This document shows positions 32,906 through 47,101 of a stretch of DNA of 64,000 bases, piece after piece. The position numbers and the translations under genes are program-made. Below the pieces are notes generated by a model, which did not search any database, was not told where the DNA came from, and saw only the letters and a program-made list of their open reading frames with translations. Origin of the DNA: the human T2T-CHM13v2.0 reference genome, Homo sapiens; assembly GCF_009914755.1 (NCBI RefSeq), contig NC_060933.1; one strand, 5' to 3'. Each line of letters starts with the position of its first letter. Positions within the stretch are counted from its first letter, which is position 1.

Positions 32906-33974
32906 TCTTGATATGCATATCTATATGTGTATCTAAAGAGCTACATGGTGATGGAAATGAAAAAAACTGATATTAGATACATGTGAATTATCTAAAAATA
33001 GTGAATTAGATAAACAGAGCCTGTACTTGGAATCATGGCTTCCACTACAAAGAATTAATTACCTTAAGTTTAAAAGTTCAGCTGGAAAAAATCCCATCCC
33101 TGAACTTCCTTGACAGAATTATAGAGATCAGGAAGAAAAGCTTACTAGCATCCAGCTTTGAGGGAAAGCAGCTTGGTTTGATGCCCTTAACAATCAAACC
33201 AACTTAGAAAAATCTCAGTATTGGATTGTGGCCATCCTGCTGAGGTCCCATCCATAAAGGCTTCCCTGGAAATTAGGAACTGCTTTAGTAGAATTTAAGA
33301 TTAGTTTTGTCATAGTTTGTTCACCCCCTTTGGTATCCTCTCTGGCTCTATTATTTAGTAGCTGTTTAATATTTTTGCTTCTCTCCTAGATCCACTATTG
33401 TCTTCCTGAATAATTAGACAGGCATCTTTGGTCTTCATCTAAAAGAGATGCAGAATGCCCTGAAGGGTCAGTGTGATGGCTGACCTCCACATACCAACCC
33501 TTTGTGGTGCAAGATTTGGAGGAGTAGGATTACAGGTGGCCCTTTTTGTGCAGATTAGCGTTCTCCTTTTCTGTTGTCCCTAGTTCTCCCTCTCCTTTTG
33601 TGTAAGTGGACATGTAGGTAAAGGATAGTAAACTTACAGCCTGGAGTGTGGTGTGCAGTTCCCGTGTCTTCATTCTGACTCTGACAGGACCCTCTGCTTC
33701 ACCCCAGGGTTTTGCCTGCTGTGCCTCTTTCTCTATTCAGGACTCAGCTATTTTTTGAGTTGGCCCATCCTGACATCAAAGTTCAATTAGTAAATCGAAC
33801 CAGATTTCTGTTTTCTCTCTCTAGCCAAATTACCATACACCTCATGGAATTAAGGTAGGAGGGTGGGTGTGTGCATGTGTGTTAAATAATTTTCGAACTT
33901 CGGGGAAATACAAGTTATTTAAATACTGGTTTTATTATTTGAGGCAGAAGTTGGCAAAAGGCAAGGCAATTCAC

Positions 33975-35706
<1,732 letters not shown>

Positions 35707-38700
35707 GAAGGCAAGGCAGGAATGCTTGCTTCTGTAAACTGAATTCTTGAGCCTATTACTTCCTGTTAAGCCTTTGGCAGAGAAGTAATAAGGGCCTTTC
35801 CAGGGATTTGCTGGATCTGTAGGTGAAAGGCATGTGTAGTCTGAAACAAAAGAGGGGACCAGAGTACATAAATAACACGTGGGGGATAAAAATCCAGAAA
35901 TTAACTACTTAGCCACTTATCTTGAGTCTGTGGTTTATAAACCTGAGTTTGATTGTTTGGGAAAGAAACCATTTGTTCAATCATTTTTCTCTAGGCCACC
36001 TACATATTCTGTCCTCCACTCAAATCCCATAAATGGCTAGAGGTGCATTTAGCACCCCTGGCAATTGAAAAAAAAATGACAGATTCACCACTTTGGAAAA
36101 TAATTTGGAAAAAAGAGTTTCAAAACCCATAAAAACCCTCACGTCCTCTGACTCAGTAGTCTAACTCTAGGGAATTAAGTGAAAGAAGTGCTATATACAA
36201 AAATGTTTATTTTTAATGTTTGTAATAAAAGCAATGGGGTAAAAAACAATGGAACATACAAAAATATGACGTGGTTTATGAAATCAATAAAATATATGGT
36301 CATTGAAAATATTTATTAGAAGACAATAACACAGAAGAATATTCAATGCAATATTTTAAAATAACAGAATTGTATCCCAACTCTGGCTGGAAATACATAA
36401 TAATCATATCTACATATGATCAAATAACAGAAAAGTCTATGGAAAGTGAAAATGGAAACTTTTTCATAAGTTATTTTGCCTTTCTTTTCTTTTTATTATA
36501 ATGTTAGAATAGAAAAAATACTGGCAGAATATGAAATCCACGCTCATTCATGAATCTAGTTACCTAAGAAGGGAGTAACTTCTGTCTTGGTAAATCATTT
36601 CCACATTCTCTGACCAAAAGGTTGACACAACACTGGAGGTGGGAAATTAACAGATTGTTCTTCCCAAAAGAAAAGAAGCTGCTCATCCCTAAGTGCAGTG
36701 GTGGATGTTTGTTTTGGCTCTGTTTAAAACTTTCTTTTGTTATACAACACATTAAAAATAGGCCTGTGAGAGAGCTCTCCTTTGGAGAAACAAAAAGAAA
36801 TATTGGGAGAAGTATTGAGAACCTTACACTTAGCAATTTATCCTAGAGCTCCAGAGAGGGTCAAATGTTTTCGAGAAAGGGCAGCCAGGGGTCACTGGGA
36901 CCATAGCCATCCTCCCAAAGGCCACTGCTTCCTGGTTCAGTGAGAACAGAGTCTTCTCTGTGATGATTTCTTGGTTTCATCTCAACATCAACCAAATGTC
37001 TGAGTACCAAGAACACATCAGTCAAAGAGAAAGGAGCATCCAGTCTTAAGGAATCATCCCAGGATACACTGGCTCCCTGAACATGAAGAGACATTTAAAA
37101 AAAGCATTAGGGATAATGAGGATATCAAATAAGCTCTCCAGCAGGTTAGGGCAGGGAAAGGCATGGAAACCAGAGATGACTAGGTTGAGTTTTCCCTCAG
37201 AAGAAATGGTTGAGGAGAATCCACAATTGCAAACTTCAAATAAAGTTTAAGAGAGCAAAAGAGAACTGTGGGAGACTATGCTGTTATTGACCTTCAAGAA
37301 GCGATCAAATTGAGGATGCACAGAACTCACAGATGACTCCACCCTAACCAACAAGCTCTTCTTCCTTAATGTCACCAGGAGCTGCACTTCCCTTGCCTTG
37401 TGAGTACATGGTATGAGTGACTCTTAAACCCGAAACAAGAGCCATGGCTTAATTAGGGGGCAACGAGGGAATAAAGAGTGACACAGTAAATACCCGTTAG
37501 TATCATTTCCTTGCATTTAAAGAAAAAGAAACTGAGGCACAGAAAGTGAAATTGCTATATAAGAAAGAATACCACTTCTTGCTAAAGCCGATCAGTCAGC
37601 TCTGAGGAACATGAACCAGTGGCTATTTGCCTTTAGCAGGGAACTGAGGGTAATCTGACAAAGGTCAGCAACCTCTGATAATGCTAATTAGCTTTCTTGA
37701 TTGATTTTTTTGTAACTTAGAAAGGAAATAGAAAAAAAAAAAGTTAAAAAGGTTAATGTTCTTATCCAGAGTCCCAGCTAGAATGTGATTATGGAGATCT
37801 CTGACCTCTCACAGGGAAACTATTTGTTGTAGTTCCACAGTGCCTAGACGTGTCTGAGATTCACAGTGCAGGGAGAAAATGGGAGAAAAGCTGAGAATGC
37901 AGTGGATAGGAGATATGAACACCCAGCAGGCAGGGAACAAAAGAGGAATGAGAAAGGCTAGCAATGATAATGGAGACCAAGCAAGCCACTGCCACCCAGG
38001 GACCATGGTTGGACATAGAAAAATCAAGCAGGCTCCAAATTCCAGGGAAACCCCAACTCCAGTGACAAACCTAAAACCTTCCCTCGGGGAAATAGAGGAG
38101 GATCTGGAGGAGCCAGTATCTAGCCAAATGATCTTGGGCAACTGGGAGACAGCATTGGAAAAGCAGGTCAGTGCCAGCCCAGGAAGGGTAACCCAAGGTC
38201 TGTCATTCAGCAACTCTGGACATGCCACCACAGCAAAATCACCAGAGGTGAGATCAGCATGGGAAATCCTAGGACAGAAAGCACTGAAACAATGTTAATT
38301 TTTTTCCATTCAGTTGTCAGTCCTAATCTGAAAGTAGAAAAAGACACTACCTCAGCCAAGAATCTCAGAGGTGACTAAAACTCAGGGCCAGGATAGAAAG
38401 GGGAACTTTGGGGCTCCAGAAAGCTTTTTCTTTACTTCTCAAAAGCCTTGTGGCTCCCTTTCTCTCTCTCTCTTTTTCTCTCTCTCAAGAATGGGGCCTA
38501 CAAATGCATTTGCAAACCAAGAGGAGACAAAACTCTAGAGTGGACTTGTGGTAATTGGCATACATAGAAGAGACTGAGGTACTTACAATCCAATTTCCCA
38601 GCAGTGGTGTGTTTACCCCTCCCAAATTCCTGGACCAATAATGCAGACGAAAAGTTATTAAATAAGAGGCAACCAGAGGGACCCCCTTAATGACATAATA

Positions 38701-39970
38701 ATGTGGCCAAGAAACCCAGAACCAACAAAACCTGCAGGCCTCTGTCCAACCTGTAGTCCAGCCCTCCTGGAACATACACACAATGTGAAACCAGGCTTCT
38801 GGTTTGGGATGGGTCACGACAAAGGGCACCATCAAGGCCAAGAACAGGATGAAGACCCATATAGCAGCTACATCCAAGAGACTGATTCCTTGAAGGACCT
38901 TCAGTAAGTGTCACTGCTACGTGCTTGAGCCAACGTAAAGCAACCTAAGCAGAGGGGACTTTGAAATAGGGTGTGGCTCTCTTCAGCATCCCAGTCCAGT
39001 CTCCGCAACACCCACACCAATGTCCACAACCACACAAATCATGCCAGGGTTGAAATGTCTCCATTCAGACCATGCACTTTTCTCAGAAAAGGTATAAAGA
39101 CAAGCTCATCCTGGAAAGAAGCAACCCTCAACAAGGACATCTTTTATAGGAACCATAGTCACCCTCTCCATCCCCATTGCTGAGAGACCCACCTACTTTG
39201 TGAGCAGGTAGCAAAAGCACCAGAAGCAGGAAGAAACCACCCACCTAGGCCCATACATCCCTTCCTAGACAGAGCAAGCAAGGGAGGTACAGCAACAGAA
39301 GGCTCTAAAGAGATGTCTCCAGTATTTGACATGGAGCCAGTCTGCCTACCTTAAGATCACATCCTGGGTCTGGAATCCCAAAGACCTATAATTTCCTATA
39401 TAGTCACAAAGAAGTACATAAGATCAAGAGGAAACATTCCACAAATAGATCAGAACTGCCTTTTGGGGTTTGGTTACTATCTTTGTACCATGAGAATATT
39501 TAAATGAAGTTAGCAAGCAGGGAGGAAACATATATACAGGGCTACACGGGCAAGATGCTTGCTCAGGGGTTAACTGCCTACACATACCTCTTTATGCCTG
39601 CCATCTTTTATATATACCCCAATTACTGACATAGAGAAGATTGTTGAATAAATGAAATCTACTCCAAGTGTGGATCTGATTTCTATGTCTCCTGCAAGAT
39701 ATAGAAACAAGATCCTAGGAAAGAGGACTTAGGGCAGTGAGGGGACAAAATCTGGAGCATTTTAAATCAGGACAGAATATAGGTTCAAAAATAACTAAAA
39801 TCTACTCACAGGAGATTGCTGGGCCTGAGAAAACCATCTAGTCAATAGGAACCACCAGGCACCCAAAAGGCTTTGAAGACCCAGAGCAAATCCCTGCAAT
39901 TCCTCTTCCTACAAGGCACCCCTCCATATAACTGGCATAAGTGAAATTGAGTTAAAACACCTCAGTCCTA

Positions 39971-40290
<320 letters not shown>

Positions 40291-40859
40291 CTAAAGGGGA
40301 CTTTTTTATTGGGACTGAGAAAAGTCAAAAGTTTTGTAGATAGTGCCAACAGAAACGCTTCTTCGATCCCAGTCTTATGAATAACTGTCTTTTTCCTTAG
40401 TCACAGGTCTGGTCAGTGATGATGATCACACTTCCTTCTTTTAAGTGAGATAACTTAATGCACAGAGCTAAATATGTAGACCTCCTCTAGCAAATATGCA
40501 ATGAGTAATGATATTCATTCTATAGAGTGGTTTCTCTTGGCTTCAGTTTACTATGAGCTTTGTTTTCCCTGTAGTACAGTTTCTTCTTTTTTTTTTTTTT
40601 TTAACTTATCCCATTCTATTACAGTATCTCATCTCTGTGCGACACGTTAAATCCTTTTGGGAATAAGGCAATAGATTTTCTTTAAGAAGTCATAAAGCCC
40701 AGTGAGCAATCTGAGGGCGCCTGGAAAAGCATGATGGCCATTCACTGTCTTTCTTCCAGTACTGCAGGGCCCATGTGTTTGCTCTGAATGAGAGCCTCCT
40801 CCTTTTTTAGCAGAGGCTGAGATAACCTCCATGTTTCCCTTACCAGATGCATCACTAAC

Positions 40860-41590
40860 CACTCTCTAAGTCTCTTTCCAACCTCCAGCAGAATAGGCTC
40901 TAAAACAGGTGCCCAAAAAGATGGGTCAGACATGTGATGGACCAAGAGGAGTTCTGTGTAGCTGAGGGACAGTTACTGTAGAAGGACATGCGGAAGTTAG
41001 CCAAAAATGGAAAAAGATAAAGAGCATCCCCAGTAAAAGGGAACGGAAGGCACAAAAACTTGGAGACATTGTGTGCTACATGTGGATCCAAAGCTGATAG
41101 AAAGAGGAGTGGAGGGATGAAAGAAATGAAAGCTGTTCAGGGATAGCATCATTAAAGGCTTTGCTACCTGGGTTTTTATCCTGTAAGCAATGGGGAGCCA
41201 GTGAAGGGTTTTAAGCAGAGGAAGAATTGGATCATATTTGCATTTTAGAAAAATGGCTTTGACAGGGTATGAAAGATTGATCATCTGGGATAGGGCTGGA
41301 ATCAAGGTCATTCAGGCAAGATTTAGTGAAGACCAAAAATAAGGCAAAAACAGTGAGATGCTGAGTAAAGTCCTGAGGTGTTTGTGACATCAAATTGACA
41401 ACACCCAGTAGACGTTTTGATATGAAGGGTACTAATCTGACTCTAGGGATAGACTCAGGTCGTTCAGACTTAAAGAATTTAGTTCATGGTGGTATCACTC
41501 AAAATAGGAGGTGGCTAGTACTGAGCAGAAGGTGAATGGATCCAGATATTGGATACAAATTATTTAAATGTGATGCTCAAGATATTTTCC
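40860..41590 (-). mobile_element. L2 fragment
   Basis: ttttatcctgtaagcaatggggagccagtgaagggttttaagcag...atttgcattttagaaa is a typical L2 antisense stretch. Confidence 0.75.
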
Positions 41591-44500
41591 ATGGAGAATG
41601 ATAGTGGCTGTTCATATGGCTATGATCACATTTTTACAAAACCATATTTATGTACATAAAAAACTGGACGAAATATCTTTAAAGAAAGAACAAGAGTTGA
41701 GAAGGATATACACATAGATGTTAACAGTGACCGACTCCTTTAGTATTTTTTGCTCATCTCCGCTTTCTCAGCCTTCCATAATAATAATGTTTTACTCTTA
41801 TATTTAAAAGCAATGGCCTTAAATTTAAGAAAGTAAAAAGAAATTTCTTACCCCAATTTAAAGAAACAGATCTGAATATACCGAGCACAAAGAATAGAGT
41901 TTCATGAATCATGAAACAGAGTTTCCTGGTTGTACCTAAGGCAACCCAGAAAGAGTGCACAGGGTGAGATGAGAGCTGTAATAGGTCTGTGAGCAACTTC
42001 GAAGGGATTAAGCGGGAACAAGGACCTAAGAGAAAGTCTGGATGAAAGTAATGTCCCAGCAGCCAATGTTCCTGAAAATTTTAATGTTCTGGCTGCTAAT
42101 TTCTTGATCGTAGGACAATTTCTCACTTGTATTTGAACTCCACCTCACTGGCACTCTCCATCTCCTAGCCAGAACCTACAGGGTGGTAGCTAAACAAATG
42201 CTTATAAATAAATGTGATCCTATTTCCCTTTTAGCCTCCATCATCTGGACTTCTGTGGAATATGCTGTCTGTGGCATTTTCTCTTAGAATATAATTAGAA
42301 AGGGTTTGCAGAACTCATAAAATGGCAAGTAAAACTCCTCTCTCCTTGGGAGATTCATTCTCCCTGGGAGAGACCATTTAATAAAGCACAAGAGAAATCT
42401 CCATCTCACTGATTTGAGACTGTGGCTGCTTAGACACAAGAGCAGCAACATGGAGGACCAAAAACAGAGTTTTAAGAGGGAAGTATCTACTTCTAGCCTT
42501 ATTAAAAAAAATACCTTTCTCACAAGTGGCCATAAACAGATAAGTGCCATGTGTCTGATCATCAATATTGACAACCCTTTAATGTCCCCCTGAAATTGAT
42601 CCCAGGTGCAGCAGATTATACAGGACTATAAAAATTTTATTCAAGTATGAAAACTGCATAAATATGTCATCCACTTATAAACAAGGCCGGAAGAGAACAT
42701 GAAAAAAATGAAAGATTTCTGAACTTGGATTTATATCTTTTCACTTATAAAATATTTTTATTGTTATAATATTGGTATAATAAATATTTAAAAAACAAAA
42801 ACAAAGTAATTGAAGGAATATTTGCAGAAGAGGGAAGTAACTGCATCTTGGCGAATCTGAGCATCTAGGAGACAGGAATGAATGGGAAGAGCATCAGAAC
42901 TACGACATGAAGAACATGGCTCCAGAGACCTGAGGGAAGGTGGAGAGAGGAAATTAAAGACCTTTCTTTCCTAAAGCCAAAAAGTTATTCCTGTTTGTAT
43001 TCAGCAATCACTCAGAACATTAAAGTGTTCTCCGTGGAAGATTTCCCATTGGTAAGAGAGAATTTCCACCATCCCCCAAGAACATAGAAAAAGAAGTTTG
43101 TTCAGCTGGAGCCGCAGAATTCTCAGTCCTGCCAATAGGACAGAGAATCTTACACAAGCCCTGGTGAACTTCAGAATGGAATGAGCTTTGATAATTCCCC
43201 CTTCACTTATTCCTGTAGAGATTGCTAAAACTTGTATGGCAAGTGAAAATCATCCCAGTTGGAGGTAGGTCATTATCAACTAATTGTTCAAAATTCAAGA
43301 ACACACAAGCTACAGGGACAAGTGGTGCCTCACATGAGGAGACTTCCCAGAAGCCATTCATGTCACTGCCCAAAGAAATTTGCTAAGAAAAAGAGTCTCA
43401 GAAGAAATGATGCTGTGGAATAAGCTGAGGTGAAATACGCTCAAAAAGAGGTGGTTTCAATACCTTTGGACAAGAGGGCTGCATCAGGCTTTCCAAGAAA
43501 AGGGTGAATTGAGATCTTAGCATTCATAGTGGGGCTATTACGTCCTTCAGAAAGACTCCAACAGTGCCTGAGGATTTATAGAACCTGCAAAGCAGCCAGC
43601 TCCTGTTCCTTGAGGGTTTCTCTTCCTACACTGAACAAGTCAGGGACTTGTGCCGGCTATTCATGGCTAGCGCAGTCCTTTCACCTAAGTAGAGACAAAG
43701 GTGCTGTTGCTGCTTCCTTAGAGTCAGTCACTGCAGGAGCCACCTGGGAAGCAAAAAGAGAAATAAATAATAATATATGTCCAGTCCTTTATTTTTCAAA
43801 GGACAGAACCAAGATCCAGTGATAGGAAAAGTTGAGAACAAGGGAGTAGAGAGCCCAAGAAGTGGTTTTGCTTTGACTGTGAATACACATCAGGGAATTC
43901 TAGCCAGTGATGGCAGCTGCCATTGTGAATCCCACTGGCAGGCTCTGGCAGCTCCATGTTTCCTGATCAAAACAGGTTTTTGTAGGGAATAAATATAGAG
44001 GAAATTTGGATATGGGTCCCTGGTCTTAAGAGCACATGGAATAAATATTCCCTTGGAAAAAAGGACTTCACTGAAGGCTCTAGTCTGTGCATAGATGCCT
44101 GGGAGGATCACAGGGTAAATGCAAGTAAGTGAAGATGAGCAAGGGAAAGAATGAGACTATGATTGATAATAAGGAACCCAAGGATACAGGGACAGTAGCT
44201 ATTAAAAATGAGGGCTGGAGCATCCCCAAGAAGCAGTGAAGATTGTCTGAGTTAAAATAAAACAAGTGGTCTACAGTTAATTCCCTTGGGGAAGGGAAGA
44301 GTAAGGGAGAGGAAGAGGAGGAGGAGTTGAGGCCTCCTCCTCCTCAGAATTATGCAAATTGAAAGATAATTGTTGCAGCCTGCTTTGGCGTTAGCGGTAG
44401 TGGGACAATAGTAATACCAGGCTTGACTAGGAGAGTGTTCCAGGATTTTGGGGCAGAGACTCCCACAATTGAAGGCTGGAGACAGGGAATGGAGGAGAAT

Positions 44501-46010
44501 GTCCATCTCCCCAACAGTCTCTAAAATTCTAAGTCATGAGGAGGATCACCTGAAGTAAAGTCTACAAGTGAAACGCCCTCCATAGTACCTAGTACATAAT
44601 AGACACTTGAGAAATATGAAGACTTTGTAGAGTACAAAGACAACCTATTCCCTTCCTCAAAAACGTAGAGAGAAGAAGGGGATAGTTAGATACTCTAGGA
44701 GGTCAGAATATACACAGAATTCAATTCCACAAGAGAAGGGACATTCATTTTTCTAACTGTTACTGCTCTCAAGTTATGGCCTCTGCAAAGCCATTCTACT
44801 TATATGCCAAGAAGAAAAAAAAAAAATCATACATCATAGGTCAGTTGATTCCAGGTGATGACAGGTAGTATGGCCTAAAGTTTATTGAGTCCCTTTATGA
44901 GGAGACTACCATAGATTTTCCTTTCCGGAAAGAAGAAGGTGCCACCACAAACTTCTTTAAAAGCAGTGAGTCCCACAAGGAAGAAGAAGATATCAAAGTA
45001 AGAGCATCACTGTGAAAACACTGCCCTGACCCTGGCTGTCCACAGAATCCAGGACCCCTGACTGGGGGAACACCTTGGACAGTCCCCTCCTACTGCTTGC
45101 TTGATTGCCCCTAGTGGTCTTCCATGCTGAAGGCACTTATGGTGCCCTTTCAGTACCTGCTCAAAGCGGGCTTTGCCTGCTCTGTAACCCACTTCATCAA
45201 ATCACAGATGAGATGGACCAGAAAGAATGACTCAAGATCAAGACCAAAACATGAGCAGGAGGGCAGTGGTCACTGCCATAGAGAGATCACTGTGAGTTTT
45301 TTGTTTTGTTTTCTTTTTTGCCTTGGTATGAGCCTCCTAGTGTATTTCAGAAGCTGGAGGTGACTCTGTCATAGGATCAGGACCACCCTTGTTCTTGGTA
45401 TCCAAGAATCCACTCATTGGTGAGGGCTCCTCTTTCTGGTTCTGGTTCCAAGGGATTCTTTCCTCATCTTTTTTATCCTATGAAATTCAGGCTGTCCTTT
45501 ATGATTTGTGTGATATACACATTATCCTGAAGTGAAGACATTTCATAAATTGGTCCATATCACTCTTTTGCCTCCATCAAGAGAGCAAATAGGATGTTGT
45601 TACCAGCAAAAGGGAAAATGAGAAGAAGCCCTGAAGTTTGGCATTTGGAGTGATGTCCTTTGGTCTCAAACATAAGGCCTAGCAGCTCTAGGAAGTCAGT
45701 CTCAGACGTAACCTTCCTATTTTACATAAAGATATCAGGATTACCTCACACAAGGTAATAAAGAAGTAATAGACAATAAACCTGGGCATCCCAACAGGTG
45801 ACAAGAATAAGTCCTTATGCATTCAGAATCAGGGAAGAATCCCACACCAAAAATGTCAACAGGACTCACAATAGCATATCTATTTGCTCCTCTCCTAATA
45901 GGCTACATGCCAAATTTTACATGTAAGGTAAAAAAGCATGCTGGTAATATTTATTAATGTCAACCTTAAAGGGAAAAGAAATTTTAAGACAATAGCTCAA
46001 GAAGATCTGA

Positions 46011-46426
<416 letters not shown>

Positions 46427-46729
46427 TGCTTCATTATTAACACCCGCTGAATGGACCTGGCTCCTTCTTCCCGATTGGCTGCCTCCTTGAGATTCCACCT
46501 AGCAATCTGCATCTTTCAATAGCAAAAAAAAAAAAAAAAAAAAAAATCTGGGACTATAGACCTGAAACAGTGGTCCAATTTACAGAGACCAAAAAGGAAA
46601 TAGGAGATGTTTGTCTTAGGGACAGTGACTGCAGACAGAGTCACTGGGCACAGTGAAGATGTGTCCCTCACATTTCTAAGGGATTCGTACTGTCTATTAG
46701 CAGTAGCAGGAAACTGACAAGAAGACACA

Positions 46730-47101
46730 TGTATTAGTCCATTTTCATGCTGCTGAAAATGATATACCCAAGACTGGTAATTTATAAAGAAAAAAAGGTT
46801 TAATGGACTCACAGTTCCACGTGGCTGGGGAGGCCTCACAATCATGGCAGAAGGCAAGTGAAGAACAAAAGCATGTCTTACATGGCAGCAAGTAAAGAAA
46901 CAATGAGAGCCAAGTGAAAGTGGTTTCCCCTTATAAAACCATCAGATCTCGTGAGACTTATTCACTACCATGAGAACAGTATGGGGAAAACCACCCCCAT
47001 GATTCAATTATCTCCCACCGGGTCCCTCCCACAACATTTGGGAATTAAGGAAGTTACAATTCAAGGTGAGATTTGGGTGGGGACACAGACAAACCATATC
47101 A
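46730..47101 (-). mobile_element. THE1 solo LTR
   Basis: tgtattagtccatttt...aaaccatatca; imperfect TSD ACACA/ATACA. Confidence 0.9.

Noticed and set aside
36950-37110. DDFLV and WLPEHEETFKK resemble Gypsy RT motifs
   Set aside because: The spacing (~110 nt) is far too short and there are no other RT or RNase H motifs.
38490-38567. NGAYKCICKP resembles an EGF-like motif
   Set aside because: The remaining cysteine spacing is absent and the frame stops after 25 codons; likely chance.
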